A DNA stretch of 11,205 bases from Selaginella moellendorffii (Eukaryota; Plantae; Lycopodiophyta), in NCBI RefSeq assembly GCF_000143415.4, contig NW_003314584.1, positions 1 to 11,205 on the forward strand, given 5' to 3'. This document shows, piece after piece, positions 1 through 9,668 of the stretch. Every line of letters begins with the position of its first letter. The stretch's first letter is position 1. Made by a program: the position numbers and the translations under genes. The notes under the pieces were generated by a model that worked only from the letters and a program-made list of their open reading frames with translations, did not search any database and was not told where the DNA came from.

Positions 1-1780
1 TATCACCAAAGTTGTTAGTAACCTTGTGTAAAATTGATACCTTCTCCTTAAATATCAACAATGGATTGTATTTCATTTTCATATCTAACATGGAAACATT
101 TATGGATGCTTTGTGGTACTAAGTATTTACCAAATGACCACTTAATTTTAGATTCAATATTTGTATTACAAAGAAAAAAAAGCAAGAGATGGAATACTTG
201 GATTTTATGGTCCAAAAGTAATAAGAGTGAGAATAGCACCTTTGGACTAACTAGAATATCTAAACCAAATAACACTTGAGATTCATAAGTTGTCCTTGAA
301 AGCCAAGATATCAACAAAAAGTAGTGATCACAAGAATAATAGAATAAGTGGTTGCATATGAAATGTTGGAGATGAGTTGAGACTACATTCTCGAAATAAA
401 TATTATAAATAGAGGATGTTATTATTGTAGATTTGCATGTTTTGCAAAGGTGATACATACTTGTATAACATTTCTCCAAAAAAACCATAAATAATATCTA
501 AAGAGTTTTGAGAAAAAATTTATCTTTCACATTTGTAGTTTCCAAGTATCATGTATGTTGTATTTACATTGTTTCCTATAAGAGCCACAATTTTCAAGAT
601 TGTGAATAAAAGTAGTAAGCCATTATTTTTTAGGAAAACAATTCCTTGGAAAGCAATATCTAAAGAAAATTGTTAATAATTATCATTGCATCTACAAGTG
701 ATGAATATAGTTAAGTGTTTGGATTGCCATTGAATAATCTAAGCCACATTTTGGTTGTAATGAGATTGGATATTATATGGTTAAAGTTAACCTTGGTGAT
801 ATTTCTAATTTGAAGTGTTGATTTCTCATGATTGTCAAGAAAAAGTTTTGAATTTATTAATTTAAAATAATCTTGGTAAAACTTTAGAAGTTGGTCCCAA
901 AATTAATATTGAAACCTGCAACAATTCTAATTATCAAATTTTTACCTATAATATGGAATCAACAACTGCATCTTTGGCTAATGGAGTAAAAACTATATAT
1001 TTAATAAAAAGTAAAAGAATGATTTTTCTCGAGGAGAGAAATGAATAAATTTATTGCATCTCCACCTATTTTGTATTATATTTGTGAGCAAACTTTGATT
1101 AGCACAAGTTAAGAAACTATTTACTTGGTTGTAAGAGCACATCACACTGCTCATTTGGCCATCTTAAATGTAACTTTGGAAAAGTAGGTTATAAGAGTTA
1201 ATCAAGTTTTATTCACTCACCTATGAAAAACTTACGAGTGAAAGCATTTCACTCACTACATATTGAAAAGCAAAGAAAATAAGCTAAAAGGAAGAGAGAT
1301 AAGTTGAAATTATACCTTTGCATTGAAATAATTATAAACTCTTAAATTTGAAATTCCCGGGAAGTCACCCAACCAAGAGACACTTAACCCTAAATATCCC
1401 AAGACCTTTAACCGATTGAAAAAATGAATGCACTTGGAAAATAAGATATATTTTTATTCATAAGCACTTTCCTTCTATATTTGAACCCTATTGATCATCT
1501 TTCAAGTTATTCTCTTTAATTGTTTATAGTAATATTAATGCATTTATGGATAAGCTTGTGGTTTTGTAACTATAGACAAAATTCTAGAACATGAGACAAA
1601 ACTTTACATCTCTAATCAAGTAAAAAAGTGTGGAGTTGAATGAAGCTATAGTGAGTATCAACAATGGAAAAATTGTAGTAGCTAAAGTAAAATTGCCAAA
1701 CTCTAGTGAGTAAGAATTTTTCTCTTGTCTTTTTCATATGGCAGGGTGACACTATGCAATTCAGATGAAGCATCCTTGGA
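1..1780. other. AT-rich, CpG-depleted region with no assignable gene; probable old methylated transposon or repeat remnant
   Basis: Visibly high A+T with only a handful of CG dinucleotides (e.g. ~392, ~1029, ~1235, ~1358, ~1413). Only short, motif-less ORFs are present, and composition shifts towards the genic sequence after ~1900. No terminal repeats or transposase motifs were recognised. Confidence 0.35.
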
Positions 1781-2086
1781 AAGCCTAGGTAAACATAGTG
1801 AATTTCCACTTGCATTGCAAGAATGCTTTGATTATAAGCACATCTTGCTGTTTTTCTTCGGAACTAGTACTTGTGATCTTGCAAATTGCAATTAAAGTAC
1901 TTCGATTTAGTCGGGTATAGTTGCCGCAAAACATCCTCCTCTGCTGCCGCAGTGCAAGTGGCCAAGCAGCACAAACATTCATTCCCAACAAACACTGATT
2001 AGTTTACTCGTTTTGAAACATTACCAGATAGATAGTGTGGTGCTGGATTCAGGGGAGGTGCTCGTAACAATCACGAAAGTTCCAGT

Positions 2087-2191
2087 TTGACTCCAAACAT
2101 CTCCCGTGTGATCTTCCACTTGCAAGCGATATCTTGTTCTTCATGTATCAATCAAATGGAAGGGAAGTTGCTACCTCCAAAACTCGTTTGA
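2087..2191 (+). pseudogene. Possible remnant of a heavy-metal-associated (HMA) CxxC domain
   Basis: Manual translation from 2087 gives LTPNISRVIFHLQAISCSSCINQMEGKLLPPKLV*. A hydrophobic strand followed by CSSC (2135-2146) and a helix-like INQMEGKLL resembles the HMA pattern. It is short and has no confirmable flanking exons. Confidence 0.25.
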
Positions 2192-2548
2192 TTCTTCTAC
2201 AACAGTGTCGATACGATACGCGGAGTAAAAAAGGAAGCAATCCAAAAAGAGGATGTCCGTAAGATCACTACAGCTTAACCTCACTCTCGCAACTTGGCTC
2301 GGTGGTCTCTTCATGGAGGAATCCATGGCAGAAAGAGAAGGATCGTCAAGTCCGAGCTTTTGCAAACGAGGGAGCGATCGAGCGAAACGACGGCTGCCGC
2401 ACACTGTGGATTGATCGATAAGTCTCTAGCTGGAGACACGGAGAATCCACTGAGCATCTCGACAGGAACTTTCATGATCATCATCACGCGCTTCAAGCAT
2501 GGCCTAGCTTAACATCAACGACTTTGGGCTTGGCAAAGTTCTTTATGT

Positions 2549-2568
2549 CTCTCTCTCTCTCTCTCTCT
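2549..2568 (+). repeat. (CT)10 microsatellite
   Basis: Perfect CT dinucleotide run seen directly. Confidence 0.95.
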
Positions 2569-3178
2569 TGCTGCTTGCTCGTGGATTTTTTAACGAATTT
2601 CTTCGTCTTCCGTGTGCTGCCGGGCTTGAGGAAATCTGTCCGAGAAACTGGGCATGTATCTTGTTTCCAGTTTGGGTTGCTTCGGACGACTTTCGTGCCG
2701 GTCGCCGGAGGAAAAAGAATTGTCATGGAAAAAACAATGGAACCTGTAAGCGCTCTGGACAACACGTTAGCTTGTCACATCCTTGGCAAAAAGCTTAGAC
2801 TTTGCTGGATGATCCGCGGCCTTGATCTCAGGCTAATGCCGTGCTGATCGCATCAGCGAGAGGAATTTAAAGACTTTTCCAGTCGACAAGAAGTGGTGGA
2901 GTGATCGGGCAGTGATCCATCGACTTCGAGCGAAACATGACATGGATCGAATCGTCCGAGTCCAAGTAGAAAAAGAAAAAGGACGAGATGGAGATGGAGG
3001 GATCAAAGAAGTGGAGCGCGGCAAAGTCAATCAAAGCCGGTGCCATGTCTTTCTCTCCTCTCAGATTTTTGCGCTCTCTCTCTCCTTCAAACTTTCTGTG
3101 TGTTTCTTTGGCTGGCAACAAAAACAAAGGCGGGACTCCCAGCGAACAATAAAAATAAGCATTTTGGGGCCAAAACCG

Positions 3179-3630
3179 TCAGATAAAACGAGCTGCACGG
3201 CGGCGATCATGGGGATCTTCTCCCGCAGCTTCTGCGTCACGGCCACACGAACAGTCATGACCCCGGCTGCAGGACCCTCGATGCGTATCTTCACCACCGG
3301 CCCATCGATCTTGACAAGCGTCAGCTCCCCTCCGCCAGTTCCCACCAAGTAAGGCCGTATCTCCGACAGTATCTGCGCACGAGGGTGTGTGACACCAAAG
3401 CATGGAGAGCCCCCGGAAGCTTACCTTGTCAACGTTTTCCTCTGTCAGCTCAAGCCCCGTCTCCGTGTCTTGCACCTGCTCCACGCCGATTATCTCCGGG
3501 ATCTTCTCCTTGAGCCGGGCTTCGATCCCCATCTTCATGGTCATGAGCGAGCTGGGACAGGATCCGCACGCCCCTTGCAGCTTCAACTTGACCACCAACC
3601 CGTCAATCTCCTCCATTAGCTAGTAGATGG
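3179..3630 (-). pseudogene. NFU: Plastid NFU2/NFU3-type Fe-S cluster carrier (two NifU-C domains), 5'-degenerate
   Basis: Exon 3616-3425 reads [40 protein letters not shown]...[10 protein letters not shown], with the CxxC intact. A GT-AG intron spans 3424-3373. The exon from 3372 reads [61 protein letters not shown]. Upstream, the expected RPSLMADGGNVALHEIDG survives only as out-of-frame PS..ANGG joined to EIDG, with stops nearby. There is no in-frame stop after AAVQL: reading continues to 3061, with an out-of-frame TGA at 3179-3181. Confidence 0.85.
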
Positions 3631-4292
3631 CTATGGCGAGGAGCGGCGCCTTTGCTCTTCTCTCTCTGTCGCCGAGCAAAGCGGGGATCTTGATGCGCTA
3701 GGGCATCGATTCTCGTTGATCGTGTTGGCAGCGCCTCGCAGCGGTGGCGGCATTGGGATTATGACGCTTGCCCGGGCAATGTGTCGAATTTGAAGGCGCT
3801 GCGCCACTGTGTCACGGGCGCGATCGAGCGCGCGTCGACGGGGCATCGATGGAGCTAGGTAATCACACAAGGGGCTCGCGTTGAATCGAGCTTTTTCCTT
3901 CTTTCTCTCTGCTTCCCGTGATCTTCCTCGCTTTTCCCATTCGATCCTCGGCTTTCCATGGCGAATTGGAGGTAATCGCTCCGAAATATTCCCTCCTCTC
4001 GGAAGCGCTTGCTCGAAATATTTCCACTCCGATCGATCCGCAAGATGGAGCTCCACGGCGGCGACCCGGACCTCTGCTATGGCCTGGACGTGGATCTTGT
4101 GGGAGACAACGATGAGGCCTGGGCGAGGCGGTCGTCCAGGATCACGAGGATTTCAGCGACGACGACATGGACGTGGACGAGCTGGAGAAGAGGATTTGGA
4201 ACGATCGGCTGCGGCTCAAGCGGATCAAGGACAAGCAAAAGGCCAGGGTCAACAACGCATTCTCCTCGAATCACTCGAATCACAGCCATGGG

Positions 4293-4310
4293 CAGCAGCA
4301 GCAGCAGCAG
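4293..4310 (+). repeat. (CAG)6 poly-Gln tract in EIN3, preceded by a 9-nt tandem duplication CTCGAATCA x2 (4265-4282)
   Basis: Seen directly; the region encodes [15 protein letters not shown]. Confidence 0.9.
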
Positions 4311-5028
4311 CATCACGGCGGCCCAGCAGCGCAGCACCAGAATCTGGGCAATCTCCAGGAGCAAGCCCGGCGGAAGATGTTGCGAGCCCAGGACGGGATC
4401 CTCAAGTACACGCTCAAGATGATGGAGGTCTGCAAAGCCCAAGGATTCGTCTATGGCATCATCCCCGAGAAGGGCAAGCCAGTGAGCGGCGCCAGCAACA
4501 ACAACCGCGTGATGGAAGGAGAAGGTCCGCTTCGATCGGAACGGCCCCGCCGCCATGGCCAAGTACGAGGGCATCTGCTCCAGATCCGGCGGCGGCGCTG
4601 GCCAGCTCTCCGCCGCCGCCCCGACGCCACACACTCTCCAGGAGCTCCAGGACACCACCCTCGGATCGCTTCTCTCGGCGCTAATGCAGCACTGCGATCC
4701 ACCCCAGCGGAGGTACCCGCTGGAGAAAGGGGTGGCGCCGCCGTGGTGGCCGAGCGGCGACGAGGAGTGGTGGCCCGAGCTTGGGCTTCCAAATGGGCAG
4801 GGGCCGCCGCCGTATAAGAAGCCCCATGATCTCAAGAAGGTGTGGAAGGTTGGAGTTGTCACTGCGGTGATCCGACACATGTCCCCGGATATCGGGAAGA
4901 TCAGGAAGCTCGTGAGGCAGTCCAAGTGCTTGCAAGACAAGATGACTGCCAAGGAGAGCGCGACGTGGATCTCGGTGCTCAACCAGGACGAGGCGCTGGC
5001 GAGGCAGTGCTCGGGGAATTTGATCGGG

Positions 5029-5049
5029 CAGCAGCAGCAGCAGCAGCAG
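5029..5049 (+). repeat. (CAG)7 poly-Gln tract at the end of the EIN3 remnant
   Basis: Seen directly. Confidence 0.9.
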
Positions 5050-5067
5050 AATAGCCAGGTGATTGTG

Positions 5068-5497
5068 ATGACTGATGAGGATAACCCTTGAGACATTAGT
5101 ATGAGGCTGCCTTGGATTGCTCTTCCAGGAAGAGGTCGAAGAGCAAGAAAACAATGAGGAAGCACCGGAATTTTGACCAAGTATGACAGAGCTCGCGCGC
5201 TTGAGACACGGGCTTCTTGGTTTTGCTAGTGAGAACTCTTAAGTTCTTTTTCTTTCGTGATTGAACAACAACAGTATGAACGCTCCAGTGATGGCGGAAG
5301 TGGAGGGCGAGACAGATCCATTCGAGGTATAGAAACTCTGAAAAGGAATTTGTGTGGAGCGACTCTTGAATGTGAAACTTCTATGTGAAGGGAAGATCCC
5401 TTTACGATTCGGCGGTATCTCCGAATGAGAGAGTGGTCCGCTTCGTGCGTTTCTAAGAGGCTACGAGGATTGGGAAGGAAGACAAGTTGGAAACTAG
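5068..5497 (+). pseudogene. RPB6: RNA polymerase common subunit RPB6 (NRPB6), heavily degraded; absent from the ORF track
   Basis: Colinear fragments: MTDEDN (5068, cf. MADED), acidic EEVEEQENNEEAPE after a CAG acceptor (5129), LTKYDRARALETRA (5173-5214, cf. MTKYERARILGTRA), MNAPVMAEVEGETDPFE|GT (5276-5326), KIP-FTIRRYL (~5393-5422, frameshifted) and YEDW..RQVGN* (5462-5497, cf. [20 protein letters not shown]). Confidence 0.9.
5087..5109 (+). repeat. Copy 1 of exact 23-nt dispersed direct repeat CTTGAGACATTAGTATGAGGCTG
   Basis: Identical to 9669-9691; the flanking bases differ on both sides. Confidence 0.95.
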
Positions 5498-5566
5498 TGA
5501 AAAGTCTAAAAAGATTCGAGGGATACTATGCATATGCTTTTAGGGTTATTTGCACATTAGCTTGTA

Positions 5567-7047
5567 ATGGAGGGGGCGCGGCTCGCGATCGTCTCCGATC
5601 TCGATGGAACAATGGTACGCATTGCAATGGCGCTGGTTTCTTCTTCAATGCGCTCTGGGCCGCGGATTATTTCCATGACTTGCTTCTGGTGTTCTCGACT
5701 GGAAGATCGCCGACGAGGTATCGCCTGCTGAGGCGGGAGAGGACGCTGCTCACGCCGGAGGTCACGATCTTGTCGAGATTGTACGGCGATGCCATGGTTC
5801 CAGATTCTGGATGAGAGCGAGAACCAAACAAGGGGTGGGATAGGGCTGTTTGGAAGAGACTTCCAAGTTTCCAGAGCTTACATTCCAGGTAGAAAAATTC
5901 CATATCCTCTCTTTGATTGTGTTTACAACGGTTTTCTCTATCTCGTCCTGGCTTTTTTTTTTCTGTAGGAACAAACAGCACAGCGACCTCACAAAGTCAG
6001 CTTCAAGCTGAAGAAGGCGGAGGCTCCTCGGGTTGTGGAGACACTGTTGATCGAGTGTGAGGCAAGTTTTTAGAGGATCGTTCGAAGCTTTTGTGATCTA
6101 ATCCTTTTTCCTTTTTGTTCTTCCAGTTGGATGTAAAAATCATATACAGCGGAGGACAGGATATGGATGTTCTCCCTTGAGCAGCTGACAAGGGACAGCT
6201 CATGAGGGAAGGCAGAGCTCCTCAGAAAGTTCTTGTGTGTGGTGATTCCGGCAACGATTCTGAGCTCTTTGCCGTCAAAGACGTTTCTGGAGTGATCGTA
6301 AGTTCTTGAAGTCGATTGATCACTCACTCACTCACTGACGATCTCAGGTCGGGAATGCGTTTGAAGATCTTACGCAGTGGTACCTTGATAATGCCAAAGA
6401 CAATCCCAAGATCTTTCGTGGCACTGAAAGATGCGCTTCGGGAATCTTACAAGCTATCCGAGAGTTCAAGTTTGATCCTTGTGTTTCGCCCAGGGATGCC
6501 GACTTACTGAGCCAGCTCACTGCTGGGGACACCGAAGGGTTGATCGGACCTGGAGTGGTGCTACTGTGTGAGATGGTTACGAGGCGAGGTTGAAAGCTCC
6601 CACGAGGTGTTTGAACACTTGAAAAGGCCAATGGTAACCGTGGGGACTACAAGACGATCTTCGTAGAAGCGTTGAGATTCTACGTCCCCTCTACGGTATT
6701 CACAGGGGAAAGAACTTCTGTATGGGGGTTGATCGAATTCGTGCGACGAAGGTTGGGGACGTTACTTGGGTTGTCAAGTTTGATAAGTGGCAGCGAACGG
6801 GTACGTCAAGTTCTTCTTTCTGAGTCATATGCATTATTTTATTGCTGGTGCATTCCAGACGAAGAGCTGAATTATCGCTTGACAACCGCCGTGTGTTTCA
6901 ATATGAGGTGGCGTTCTTATCGCTTTGTCTTGGTGGAGTTATTCAGCTTTGCTTCTCTTACAGGATGGCATGCCTTATGCGAGTGTATTACGAATCCACG
7001 AAACGTGGCTTGATGGTTATGCGGGAAGACCTTTGGTCCTAATGTAG
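5567..7047 (+). pseudogene. SPP: Sucrose-phosphate phosphatase (HAD family), near full length but with multiple disruptions
   Basis: ATG 5567 MEGARLAIVSDLDGTM (HAD motif I); FNALWAADYFHDLLLVFSTGRSPTRY..LLTPEVTILS..YGDAMVPDSG* (TGA 5812-5814 at the W position); EETSKFPELTFQ|GT 5889; exon 5969-6061 EQTAQRPHKVSFKL; exon 6127-6297 LDVKIIYSGGQDMDVLP*(6178-6180)AADKGQ..VLVCGDSGNDSELFAV; exon from 6348 VGNAFEDLTQWYLDNAKDNPKIFRGTERCASGILQAI; C-terminal domain ..RWLRGEVE..TWVVKFDKWQRT; last exon 6964-7047 ..IHETWLDGYAGRPLVLM*. Several frameshifts and deletions are present. Confidence 0.93.
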
Positions 7048-7668
7048 GAGACACAGCCAACGATAGGCGAAAAAATAAGCAGGGACGAATCATCGTGCCT
7101 CGCTTCCTTCCATGCTTTAGATGCTCAAATGATTCTTTCATTCCCTTTCGCTCGCATAAATTACTCGTGTTGACAAGAAAAGAGTTGAAGTGTGTGAGAG
7201 TGTGTGTAAGTGTGTAACTTACGACAGCTTTTCCTGTAGATTCCCCTGCATTCCCTGTCCTTTTGTTTCCTTTTTTAGTTCCATAGGCCAATGGATCGCT
7301 TTCTTCTTCTCTCCTCTTGCACTCTGCTGCGTCAGTTTCACTCGGGATAACGTATTCTTATGTAATTGTTCGCTGGCGTCGGTGAGAAACGAAGGCTTTC
7401 CCCCTTTTTTCCAGAGATGATCTTAAGGCGCTGTTTTCTTGTGAGAATTGGTGGTGCTCCTCCCCAGCACAATGCATTTGATGATTCCACGCCACCATTT
7501 GTCTCGTCATATGCTCACTGCCACTGTTCTTCCTGTGCTTCCAGAGCACAGGCGCCAGAAAAGTTTGAAGAGGCATTCTGAACTTGACACCATTTCCTCC
7601 AGGTATTTCATCTCTTGCTTGATCGTTTTCTTGACGATGTTCGCGTCAGGTAATCCAAGCTTTCAGGC

Positions 7669-8880
7669 ATGGTGAAGTTCCAGAAGCAGCTGGAGGGCCA
7701 GCTCGTCCCAGAGTGGCGGGTGAAGTACTGCGACTACAAGCAGCTCAAGAAAGTTGTCAAGAGAATCAAAACCCAGATCCTACATACCAAGAACCAGCAG
7801 CACAAGGTGTTCGATCCAAATGTCTTCTCCGTTGACAAGAGCAAGCTTCAAAACTTGCTGCAAAATCCCAGCGCCATTCTAAGCAGCTGCTGCGAACAAT
7901 CCATATCCTCGGAAACGTCCATGGTTTGTGATGATGGTCTGGACTGTAAAGACAAAACAAAACACTTCAATATGATCAGGTTGTGCACAAGACGAGAATT
8001 GGAGATGGCGAGGATTTTTACGAGACGGAGCTGTTTGGAACTCGATCGGATCACGAAAAGAGCTTCTTTTTCGGCCTTGACGATCAGCTCAACAAAGTGG
8101 ACAACTTTTTTAGATGCAAGGAAGACGAGTACGATGCTCAAGCACGGCAACTTCACATCCAAATGGAAGAGCTCATCGCTATGCAAGGTTCGTTCTAGCA
8201 GCCTCTAATTCTGTGGCACTTAACTTGGAATCGTTTGATCTCTGCCATGTTGTAGATGACGAATCTCAGAGCTTGAAGGGGAGCCCCGCCAACAAAGGAA
8301 AGGTTCAGCGAGCAGCCAAGATGCTCCATTTGTCGAATTTTATCGTGGGCTTCGACTCCTAAGAAACTTCAGGTGAATGACCTCTATACGATTGATCCAT
8401 GTTCTCAAAGTGTTGAAAACTTACTTGGCAGCTCCTTGAACATGATGGCATTCGTCAAGATCCGCAAGAAATATGAAAAGGTACTTATGGAAAATGGAAA
8501 ATTAGTGCAGACTTCTAAAAAGGTTTTTTTGAATTTTCAGGTGACTGGAGTCTGGCAGTTACCACTTTGCAACGTCGGAAGGTGTGAAGAAATTTTCCTT
8601 TGAGGGTCTTGCTGATGGAATTTCATTGCTCCAATGCACTGCAGGTAGTAAAGTTTATGGACCGCGTAGAGAGAGTGTTCACTCTGCACTTTACGAAAGG
8701 CAACCGAAAGCAAGCCATGGGATATCTCAGGCCCATACACTCTGCAAGCAATCATGGAAATATAAACTTTATCCTGGATATCCATTTCATGCACTCGGAT
8801 CGTCGTTATTAATTAACCTTCTATCACCATTGATGGTGCGACGCAGAGATTGTATACTAGTGGTTTCATGTCAATGGCAT
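7669..8880 (+). pseudogene. PHO1: PHO1-family (SPX-EXS) phosphate exporter: SPX half only, frameshifted, EXS region missing
   Basis: Exon 7669-7923 MVKFQKQLEGQLVPEWRVKYCDYKQLKK; exon 7980-8187 ..YETELF..FFFGLDDQLNKVDNFFRCKEDEY; exon 8256-8372 AAKML/FVEFYRGLRLLRNFS (frameshift ~8326); exon 8432-8480 SLNMMAFVKIRKKYEK; shortened exon 8541-8581; exon 8645-8777 VVKFMDRVERVFTLHFTKGNRKQAMGYLRP..FILG, followed by AT instead of a GT donor. Only a weak LYTSGFMSM remnant (~8850) follows. Confidence 0.9.
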
Positions 8881-9668
8881 TGCCTCTAGAAAAGGAAAGC
8901 ACTCACCATACCTCTGGGAATAACTGTAATCTATTCATTTAATTTTCAGCTAGAACTTTCAGAGATCACGGACCTTATCGTTTCTTCTTGCTGCGCTCTT
9001 TGGAAGGTTTGGTAGCCTCCTCTTCGGCGTTGTGGTCGGCTTCAAGTCTCGCGAGCTGCAAATCAAACAATGCTGTTGTGAGGATTCCTTCTTAAAACAC
9101 CACTTTACCTTGTCAAGGACGGGTTTAAGTTGTCTGTAGCGTGTCTTTGCCAAGTCAAATCCGTCCTTCCTGAGCTCCTGATAGATGCATAGAGCATGAA
9201 GAACGAGCGAAAGAAAACCTGCGTCGTCACCTTTCCAGTGTGTTGGGTATGATCGTAAGGTGCCATTTGCCAATACATGATCGTCCAAGAGAAAAAATCT
9301 CTCAGCGTTTCTCCAGGCTGAAAGACAAATCAATAACAAAACAGGAAGATGAACTACTATCAGCACTCACCAAAAGTGTTTGTTGGGAATCAGCCATGCC
9401 CAGCTCGGATCGATCTTTAATTTCCGTGCTTTCTGTGTCAGCTTTTTGCCTTCGCCCCTAAGAATGGCAGCTGCCTCTTCACAGTGACTCCACTGCATCC
9501 TAGAATACAAAAGGAAACCGACAAGTTTTCTTACATCCTCTTTTTTTTTACTACCTCGTCATCGTCCTCTTCGTCTTTTCCTTTATTAATCGATCCAGCA
9601 TCACTATTGTCACCATCAGTTTCGCCTTTCTCCTTACTAGCTTCAATCCACGCGCTTTGTGTTTCCTG

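Larger units (their letters stand above)
4045..5067 (+). pseudogene. EIN3: EIN3/EIL ethylene-response transcription factor, frameshifted and C-terminally truncated
   Basis: EIN3 motifs are spread over three segments: ATG 4045 MELHGGDPD...; then [24 protein letters not shown]...[46 protein letters not shown]; then [14 protein letters not shown]...[41 protein letters not shown]...[53 protein letters not shown]. Frameshifts lie near 4116 and 4500-4509, and TGA at 4510-4512 replaces the first W of the WWKEKV motif. The gene is intronless, as is typical for EILs. Confidence 0.93.

Noticed and set aside
48-488. 146-aa minus-strand ORF in the AT-rich region
   Set aside because: It has no recognisable motif and a composition typical of random AT-rich sequence.
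1386-1394. Telomere or telo-box-like AACCCTAAA (also TTTAGGGTT near 5539)
   Set aside because: These are single isolated units with no array.
2030-2140. Minus-strand peptide RYRLQVEDHTG resembling the RPA70 C-terminal OB fold (a Helitron cargo gene)
   Set aside because: It is too short, has no flanking zinc-finger cysteines, and competes with an alternative plus-strand reading.
4077-5180. 367-aa minus-strand ORF with a Cys run, plus other long overlapping ORFs (3881-4684, 4451-4792, 4681-5154)
   Set aside because: These are antisense or off-frame shadows of the GC-rich EIN3 sequence; the poly-Cys and poly-Leu tracts are the reverse complement of the CAG repeats.
5530-5537. P1BS-like motif GCATATGC (GNATATNC) 30 nt upstream of the SPP ATG; another at 8776-8783
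   Set aside because: With only six specified bases, a few hits per 11 kb are expected by chance, and I saw none in the PHO1 upstream region.
8898-9372. 11-nt repeats such as AGCACTCACCA (8898, 9362) and GGTCCGCTTCG (4524, 5435)
   Set aside because: Matches of this length are expected by chance in a window of this size.
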